Of a stretch of DNA of 64,000 bases, positions 57,479-64,000 are shown one piece after another (within the stretch, counting starts at the first letter, position 1; each line of letters begins with the position of its first letter). The stretch lies in assembly GCA_905235415.1 (NCBI GenBank), contig CAJOKX010000001.1, positions 208-64,207 of the forward strand, given 5' to 3'. A program made the position numbers and the translations under genes. This DNA comes from an uncultured Lachnospiraceae bacterium (GTDB lineage: Bacteria > Bacillota > Clostridia > Lachnospirales > Lachnospiraceae). The notes below the pieces were generated by a model. That model saw only the letters and a list, made by a program, of their open reading frames with translations, did no database searches and was not told the origin of the DNA.

Positions 57479-59668
57479 ATGAATGAAAACAACCGGAACA
57501 ATGGGAACGGAAACGGAGGCGGAGGCGGAAACGGAAACGGCGGACAGGGACCGAACCGCAACCATTCAACCGTACTGATCTTTCTGATCGTGACGCTGGT
57601 GACACTGGTGCTGATGAGTGTGGTCAACAGCGCCATGCACGACTCCACGTCCATGGAGATCTCATACGACCAGTTCCTGGATCTGCTGGACCAGGATCTG
57701 ATTGAGTCCGTCACGGTCGATACCGATAAGCTGACGATCGTCACCAAGAATAAGAGCCTGGCGAACCAGGGCATCGAGATGAAGTATTACACCGGAAGGA
57801 TGAATGATCCCAATCTGGTGGAGCGCCTGGATGATGCCAACGTGGAGTTCAAGGAAGAGATTCCGGACAACACGACCAGCCTGATTCTGAATGTTCTTCT
57901 CAGCTTCGCGCCGCTGATCCTCATCTGGATCCTGATGGGCGTGATCCTGAGGCGGATGTCGTCTTCGGGCGGGATGATGGGCGTCGGCAAGAGCCGCGCC
58001 AAGATGTACATGCAGTCCGAGACCGGCGTCACGTTCAAGGATGTGGCGGGCCAGGACGAGGCGAAGGAGTCCCTGCAGGAGACGGTTGAGTTTCTGGAGC
58101 ATCCGGAAAAGTACGCACAGATCGGCGCGAAGCTTCCGAAGGGCTGCCTGCTCGTAGGCCCTCCCGGAACGGGCAAGACGCTCCTTGCGAAGGCGGTTGC
58201 GGGCGAAGCGCATGTGCCGTTCTTCTCCCTGACCGGTTCCGATTTCGTCGAGATGTTCGTCGGCGTCGGCGCGAGCCGTGTGAGAGACCTGTTTGACGAG
58301 GCCAAGAAGAACGCGCCCTGCATCATTTTCATCGATGAGATTGACGCCATCGGCAAGAGCCGCAATTCCGGCGGATACGGCGGCAATGACGAGCGTGAGC
58401 AGACGCTGAACCAGCTGCTGAGTGAGATGGACGGTTTCGATACGTCCAAGGGCCTGCTGATTCTGGCTGCCACCAACCGTCCGGAGGTCCTGGATCCGGC
58501 GCTCCTGCGCCCGGGCAGATTCGACCGCAGGGTTACGGTTGAAAAGCCTGATCTGCAGGGCCGTGTCGACATCCTGAAGGTGCACGCCAAGGATGTGCAT
58601 CTGGACGATACCGTCGACCTGAAAGAGATAGCACTGGCAACGTCCGGCGCCGTAGGTTCCGACCTTGCCAACATGATCAATGAGGCGGCGATTCTTGCCG
58701 TCAAGAACCACCGCGACGCAGTCTGCCAGAAGGATCTGCAGGAGGCCGTGGAACTCGTCCTGGTCGGCAAGGAGAAGAAGAACCGGATCCTTTCGAAGGA
58801 AGAGCGCAGGATCGTGTCCTATCATGAAGTCGGACATGCACTGGTCTCTGCTCTGCAGAAGCATTCGGAGCCGGTCCAGAAGATCACGATCGTGCCGAGA
58901 ACCATGGGTGCGCTCGGGTATGTCATGAATGTTCCGGAAGAGGAGAAATACCTCAATACGGAAGCCGAGATCCGCGCGATGCTGGTTGAGTTCGTTGCAG
59001 GACGCGCCGCGGAGGAGATCGTATTCAATACGGTGACGACCGGCGCCGCCAATGACATCGAAAAGGCAACGAGGGTCGCGAGGGCCATGGTCACCCAGTA
59101 CGGCATGAGTGAGAAGTTCGGGCTGGCGCAGCTGGAGTCCCCGGCAAGCCAGTATCTGGACGACGGCCGGATCGTCATGAACTGTTCGGACGAGACGGCG
59201 GCCGAAGTGGACCATGAGGTCATCCGGATCCTGAAGGATTCCTATGAACAGGCGAAGAAGCTGCTCTCTGAGCACAGAGAAGCCATGAACCGGATCGCCG
59301 AGTTCCTGATCGAGAAAGAGACGATCACCGGCAAGGAGTTTATGGACCTGTTCTACGAGGTGGAAGGAATCGACCCGGCGCAGGAAAAGAAGCAGTCCAG
59401 GGTTGAGGAGAATAAGCAGAGCGCGGCGCCGGCGCAGGAAACGCCGGTGCAGGCAGAGGCACAGGTGAGCGCGGAGCAGGCAAAGGAAACGCCCGTGCAG
59501 GAAGAAGCGCAGGCGGGCGCGGACGCTGCGCAGGAGGCGCAGGCAAAGGAAACGCCGGTGCAGGAAGAAGCGCAGGCGAGCGCAGATGCTGCGCAGGCGG
59601 AGCTGGCGCAGGCAAAGGAAACGCCCGTGCAGGAAGAGGCGCAGGATTATAATCCTGCTGAGGAATAA
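57479..59668 (+). CDS. ftsH: ATP-dependent zinc metalloprotease FtsH (copy 2) with an N-terminal G/N tract and a repetitive acidic tail
   Basis: [37 protein letters not shown] and HEVGHAL are present. The tail repeats [12 protein letters not shown]. Confidence 0.9.
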   Translation: MNENNRNNGNGNGGGGGNGNGGQGPNRNHSTVLIFLIVTLVTLVLMSVVNSAMHDSTSMEISYDQFLDLLDQDLIESVTVDTDKLTIVTKNKSLANQGIEMKYYTGRMNDPNLVERLDDANVEFKEEIPDNTTSLILNVLLSFAPLILIWILMGVILRRMSSSGGMMGVGKSRAKMYMQSETGVTFKDVAGQDEAKESLQETVEFLEHPEKYAQIGAKLPKGCLLVGPPGTGKTLLAKAVAGEAHVPFFSLTGSDFVEMFVGVGASRVRDLFDEAKKNAPCIIFIDEIDAIGKSRNSGGYGGNDEREQTLNQLLSEMDGFDTSKGLLILAATNRPEVLDPALLRPGRFDRRVTVEKPDLQGRVDILKVHAKDVHLDDTVDLKEIALATSGAVGSDLANMINEAAILAVKNHRDAVCQKDLQEAVELVLVGKEKKNRILSKEERRIVSYHEVGHALVSALQKHSEPVQKITIVPRTMGALGYVMNVPEEEKYLNTEAEIRAMLVEFVAGRAAEEIVFNTVTTGAANDIEKATRVARAMVTQYGMSEKFGLAQLESPASQYLDDGRIVMNCSDETAAEVDHEVIRILKDSYEQAKKLLSEHREAMNRIAEFLIEKETITGKEFMDLFYEVEGIDPAQEKKQSRVEENKQSAAPAQETPVQAEAQVSAEQAKETPVQEEAQAGADAAQEAQAKETPVQEEAQASADAAQAELAQAKETPVQEEAQDYNPAEE

Positions 59669-59799
59669 GCGGCAATCTCCGGTAAACTTGGCGATATCGC
59701 TGAATCTTTCCGGAGAGTATTGACAGGTGCCGGGCGGGAGAGTACCATCGGCATCGACACTAAAATGCGGGGAAGTATACCGGGGAAGTAACAGAAACG

Positions 59800-60513
59800 A
59801 TGATGAAAACGATTCGGGATCGGGCAGTTACCATAGCGAGGACCCACCGCCATTCATACTGGATTCTTCTGTATGTGGCAGTTTATATGCTTGGGTTCAA
59901 CCTTCTGGAACGTGCCGGACATGTTCATTATCATATGATTCATACATGGCTGGATGATCAGATTCCGTTCTGCGAGTATTTCATCATCCCGTATTTCCTG
60001 TGGTTTGCGATGAATGTATTCGTGGTCACCTGGGTCGTCTTCAAGGGCAGCCCGAGGGAAACGTATAAAGTATCCGCAGCCCTGATGATCGGAATGACGA
60101 TCTTCCTTGTTGTGTCCATGATCTATCCGAACCAGCTGGATCTTCGGCCTGACTATGTGAACACAGACAATATCTGCGGGATGCTGGTTGCGCATCTGTA
60201 TAAGATCGACACCCCGACCAATGTGCTTCCGAGCATTCACGTATACAACACCATGATTCTGTGTTTTGCGGTGCACAATAACCGCGAACTCTCCCGCAGG
60301 AAGATCGCGGCGCGTTCGCTGGACATCCTGGGCATCCTGGTCATTCTGTCCACCATGTTCCTGAAGCAGCACTCTGTGATTGATGTTTCTCTGGGACTGG
60401 TCATGAGCATCATGGTGCAGCTGCTGGTGGAAAGAGTCTTCGAGGCTCCGGCAGACGAGAGAGTTCCGGAACGTGTGGCGTACAGGACCCGGTCCGGACA
60501 GGCCGCCGATTGA
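59800..60513 (+). CDS. PAP2-superfamily membrane phosphatase-like protein
   Basis: This is a multi-TM protein with PSIH and QHSVID strings resembling the PAP2 C2 and C3 motifs. Confidence 0.5.
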   Translation: MMKTIRDRAVTIARTHRHSYWILLYVAVYMLGFNLLERAGHVHYHMIHTWLDDQIPFCEYFIIPYFLWFAMNVFVVTWVVFKGSPRETYKVSAALMIGMTIFLVVSMIYPNQLDLRPDYVNTDNICGMLVAHLYKIDTPTNVLPSIHVYNTMILCFAVHNNRELSRRKIAARSLDILGILVILSTMFLKQHSVIDVSLGLVMSIMVQLLVERVFEAPADERVPERVAYRTRSGQAAD

Positions 60514-60536
60514 CAACAGAACATTCGATCTATTAC

Positions 60537-60570
60537 GATGCACAGAGACGCTTGTCTCTGTGCATCTTTT
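60537..60570 (+). terminator. Rho-independent terminator
   Basis: The 13-bp perfect stem GATGCACAGAGAC / GTCTCTGTGCATC is followed by TTTT. Confidence 0.85.
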
Positions 60571-60641
60571 AGCGCAGAGACATATCTTTCTGCCGCAGGG
60601 ACATTTTGTGCGGACATGGATCTTCGCTGTGAGGACATTGT

Positions 60642-62585
60642 ATGAATCCGGATTTTGATCTTCAGGAAGAATTGAAAAAACTGCCGGAGAAACCCGGCGT
60701 CTATATCATGCACGACGCTTCGGATGCGATCCTGTATGTCGGCAAGGCCGTCAACCTGAAGAGGCGCGTGCACCAGTACTTTGTCAAAAAACTGGGCAGG
60801 GGCCCCAAGATCGAGCACATGGTCAGCCGGATCGCGTATTTTGAATACATCGTCACCGATTCGGAGCTGGAGGCCCTGGTCCTGGAGAACAACCTGATCA
60901 AGGAGAACAGGCCGCGCTACAACACGCTTCTGAAAGATGACAAGACCTACCCGTATATCCGGGTGACGCTGCAGGAGGCCTATCCGCGCGTCCTGTTCAC
61001 CCGGAAGATCAGGAAGGACGGATCGCGCTTCTACGGTCCGTTCAAGAGCGCCCATTCGGTGAAGGAGACCATCGAACTGCTCCGCAGGCTCTACAAGGTG
61101 CGGGACTGCAGCCGATCGCTTCCGCGGGAGATCGGCGCGGAGCGGCCCTGCCTGAACTACCAGATCGGACAGTGCAACGCGCCCTGCCAGGGATATATCA
61201 GCGAAGAGGAATACCGGCAGAGCATTGACAGGGCGGTGGACTTTCTGAACGGGAACTATAAGGACGTCATCCGGGTCCTGGATGAAAAGATGCGCAAGGC
61301 GAGTGACGCGATGGACTATGAGGGCGCCGCGCAGTACCGCGACCTGAAGATGCATGTGATGAGCGTGGTCCAGAAGCAGAAAATGGAAGACGGGGACGGA
61401 GAGGACAGGGATATCCTGGCCGCCGCGATGGACGGTGCGGACGCCGTCGTGCAGGTCTTCTATGTGCGCGGCGGAAAACTGATCGGAAGGGACCACAGCT
61501 TCCTGACGCTCGGGGAAGAGGACGCGGCGATCCTGCAGCAGGAAGAGCAGGATGAGGCGGCCGTGGAGGAGGTCAGAGGACGCATCCTGTCGGTCTTTGT
61601 GCGGCAGTTCTACGCAGCCATGCCGTTCCTTCCCAGAGAGATCCTGCTCGAGTGCCCGATTGAAGACCAGAAACTGATCGAGGAGTGGCTGAGCAGCCGG
61701 CGGGATGGCCGCGTTTACCTGAAGGTGCCCCGGAGAGGGCAGCGCAGCCGCCTGGTGCAGATGGCGCATGAAAATGCGGAGATTGCGCTGAAGCAGGATA
61801 AGGAGCGCATCCGCCTGGAGGAGGGCCGTACGATCGGCGCGATGCAGGAGATCGCATCCATGCTCGGGATCGGGCATGTCAGCAGGGTGGAAGCGTATGA
61901 TATCTCCAATACGTCCGGGCTGGAGTCAGTCGGCTCCATGATCGTATTTGAAAAAGGAAAACCGAAGCCCTCCGACTACCGGAAGTTCCGGATCCGGACG
62001 GTGGAGGGACCGAATGATTACGCCTCTCTGCGGGAGGTTCTGCAGCGGCGTCTTTCGCATGGGCTGGAGGAAGCCAGGCAGCTGGAGGAAAGCCGCATGG
62101 ACGAGTCGCTCGGCTCCTTCAGTGTGCTGCCCGACCTGATCATGATGGACGGCGGAAAGGGGCAGGTTCACATTGCGCAGGAGGTATGCGCCTCTCTGGG
62201 GCTGTCGATCCCGGTCTGCGGGATGGTCAAGGATGACTATCACAGGACCAGGGGTCTGTATTTTCAGGACAGGGAGCTTCCGATCGACAGGCACAGCGAG
62301 GGATTCAAGCTGATCACCCGCATACAGGATGAGGCGCACCGTTTTGCCATTGAATACCACCGGTCTCTGCGCGGGAAGGCGCAGACCCATTCCATGCTGG
62401 ATGAGATCGAAGGGATCGGCCCGGCCAGGCGCAAGGCGCTGCTGCGCTCGTTCGGTTCGCTGGAAGGGATCCGGGACGCGCAGATCGATCAGCTCGCCCA
62501 CGCGCCGTCCATGAATGCGGCCAGCGCCCGCAAAGTATATGCGTTTTTTCACCCCGGCGTCCTCGACAAAGACCCGCCTACGTGA
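60642..62585 (+). CDS. uvrC: Excinuclease ABC subunit C
   Basis: The GIY-YIG N-terminus is PGVYIMHD...LYVGKA. A UVR domain (YEGAAQYRD) and a C-terminal HhH (IEGIGPARRKALL) are present. Confidence 0.95.
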   Translation: MNPDFDLQEELKKLPEKPGVYIMHDASDAILYVGKAVNLKRRVHQYFVKKLGRGPKIEHMVSRIAYFEYIVTDSELEALVLENNLIKENRPRYNTLLKDDKTYPYIRVTLQEAYPRVLFTRKIRKDGSRFYGPFKSAHSVKETIELLRRLYKVRDCSRSLPREIGAERPCLNYQIGQCNAPCQGYISEEEYRQSIDRAVDFLNGNYKDVIRVLDEKMRKASDAMDYEGAAQYRDLKMHVMSVVQKQKMEDGDGEDRDILAAAMDGADAVVQVFYVRGGKLIGRDHSFLTLGEEDAAILQQEEQDEAAVEEVRGRILSVFVRQFYAAMPFLPREILLECPIEDQKLIEEWLSSRRDGRVYLKVPRRGQRSRLVQMAHENAEIALKQDKERIRLEEGRTIGAMQEIASMLGIGHVSRVEAYDISNTSGLESVGSMIVFEKGKPKPSDYRKFRIRTVEGPNDYASLREVLQRRLSHGLEEARQLEESRMDESLGSFSVLPDLIMMDGGKGQVHIAQEVCASLGLSIPVCGMVKDDYHRTRGLYFQDRELPIDRHSEGFKLITRIQDEAHRFAIEYHRSLRGKAQTHSMLDEIEGIGPARRKALLRSFGSLEGIRDAQIDQLAHAPSMNAASARKVYAFFHPGVLDKDPPT

Positions 62586-62666
62586 TACGATAATCTGTAA
62601 TTCACAGACTGTCATTCATTCGCTGCATGGGCGTGCGACGGGAATGCCAGAGATTCGGAGGACTGC

Positions 62667-63629
62667 ATGAAAACGCAATCGACTGTACCGATCGAACGGT
62701 TGGCGGAAAAGATGAGCCTTGTCTACCGGACAGAGGAAGTGAAGCTTGCCGGCAAGTCTCTGACGACCAACGAGGTCAACCGCCCCGCGCTGCAGCTGAC
62801 AGGCTATTTTGATTATTTCGACGCTGACCGTCTCCAGGTCATCGGATATGTGGAATATACCTATCTGGAGACCCTGCCCAGGGAGCGCAAGAGAGAAGTG
62901 TACGAGATGCTCCTGGGGGCGCATATCCCGGCGATTGTCTACACGACGCAGACGATTCCGGATGACGATATGCTGGAACTGGCGGTGAAGTATGATACGC
63001 CGATCTTTACGACAGACAGGGAGACCAGCGCATTTGTCGCAGAGGTCCTGCGCTGGCTGAACGTGGAACTGGCGCCGTGCATCACCATCCACGGCGTGCT
63101 GGTGGACGTCTACGGCGAAGGCGTCCTGATCATGGGCGAGAGCGGCATCGGTAAGAGCGAAGCGGCCCTGGAACTGATCAAGAGAGGACACCGCCTGATC
63201 ACGGATGATGTGGTGGAGATCCGGAAGGTATCGGATACGACGCTGGTTGGAACCGCGCCGGACATCACACGTCATTTCATTGAGCTGAGAGGCATCGGCA
63301 TCATCAATGTCAAGACGCTGTTCGGCGTCGAAGCCGTTATGGATACGACGAACATCGATCTTGTCATCAAGCTTGAAGAGTGGGATAAGGATAAGGAGTA
63401 TGACCGGTTCGGTCTGGAGGAGGAGTACACCGAATTTCTGGGCAACAGGGTCACCTGCCATTCCATCCCCATACGTCCCGGAAGAAACCTTGCTGTAATT
63501 GTTGAATCCGCTGCGGTCAATCACAGACAGAAGAAGATGGGCTATAACGCTGCGCAGGAGCTTTATAACCGTGTTCAGCAGGGCATTATGGAAAATATGG
63601 AAAAGCAGAACAGAGAGGATGCGGAGTAA
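62667..63629 (+). CDS. hprK: HPr kinase/phosphorylase
   Basis: The Walker A is GESGIGKSE, with LITDDVVEI and ELRGIGIINV. Confidence 0.95.
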   Translation: MKTQSTVPIERLAEKMSLVYRTEEVKLAGKSLTTNEVNRPALQLTGYFDYFDADRLQVIGYVEYTYLETLPRERKREVYEMLLGAHIPAIVYTTQTIPDDDMLELAVKYDTPIFTTDRETSAFVAEVLRWLNVELAPCITIHGVLVDVYGEGVLIMGESGIGKSEAALELIKRGHRLITDDVVEIRKVSDTTLVGTAPDITRHFIELRGIGIINVKTLFGVEAVMDTTNIDLVIKLEEWDKDKEYDRFGLEEEYTEFLGNRVTCHSIPIRPGRNLAVIVESAAVNHRQKKMGYNAAQELYNRVQQGIMENMEKQNREDAE

Positions 63630-64000
63630 TGAAAGAGTTTTGTTTTGGGATTGATGTGGGCGGAACAACCATCAAGTGCGGCCTGTTCAACACGGAGGGA
63701 GAACTCCTTGACAAATGGGAGATTCCTACCCGGATTGAGGAGAACGGGAAGTATATCCTTCCGGACATCGCCCAGACGATCAAGCTGAAGATGGAAGAGC
63801 GCGGTCTGACCAATAAGCAGATCGAAGGAATCGGACTGGATATTCCGGGCCCGGTAAACGAGGAGGGCGTCGTCGAGCTGGCGGTCAACCTCCACTGGGG
63901 ACGGGTAGACATCGTCAGCGAGATGGAGACGCTGACCGGGATCCGGACCCGCGCGCTCAATGATGCGAACGCCGCGGCGCTGGGCGAATGCTGGAAGGGC
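63629..64000 (+). CDS. glk: ROK-family glucokinase (3' end outside the window)
   Basis: MKEFCFGIDVGGTTIKCGLF...NDANAAALGE. The frame stays open to the window end. The start overlaps the hprK stop (TAATG). Confidence 0.8.
   Translation, partial: MKEFCFGIDVGGTTIKCGLFNTEGELLDKWEIPTRIEENGKYILPDIAQTIKLKMEERGLTNKQIEGIGLDIPGPVNEEGVVELAVNLHWGRVDIVSEMETLTGIRTRALNDANAAALGECWKG

Overview
This is a GC-rich 64-kb chromosomal segment that looks like a Clostridia-class Bacillota genome. The supporting synteny is hup / S4-protein / divIC / tilS / hpt / ftsH, pth-mfd, glgCD-spoVG and uvrC-hprK-glk. I count about 55 protein-coding genes, almost all housekeeping. They cover lysine/DAP synthesis (dapA, dapB, lysC), ilvE, cca, hisS, pgm, cell-wall ligases (ddl, murF, murC), purine salvage and late purine steps (hpt, xpt, prs, purO-like, AICARFT), glycogen and maltodextrin metabolism (glgC, glgD, malQ, a GH13 enzyme), replication loaders (DnaD-domain protein, dnaI), repair (mfd, uvrC, an SbcD/YhaO-YhaN-like pair), two ftsH paralogues and one two-component system. 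There are two riboswitches: an L-box cut by the window edge and an FMN element upstream of ribU. I saw no rRNA, tRNA, CRISPR array, transposase, integrase or phage genes. The only clearly accessory stretch is a roughly 3-kb islet (about 6.58-9.73 kb) carrying hipBA, a decayed ATPase gene and phd/vapC. I did not find convincing evidence for a wholly new multi-gene system. The candidates most worth a second look are: a 173-bp tandem element with hairpin-forming ends (39.8-40.15 kb); an apparent frameshift in dapB inside a riboswitch-controlled operon; a Mre11-like nuclease paired with an ABC/SMC-like ATPase whose coiled-coil apex is replaced by a membrane hairpin; a conserved but uncharacterised Zn-ribbon / YCGLC-protein / J-domain gene trio; a DnaA-box cluster upstream of the helicase-loader operon; and several 40-45-bp tandem duplications at gene 3' ends. 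All coordinates come from reading the sequence and the ORF track by eye. No database search was run.
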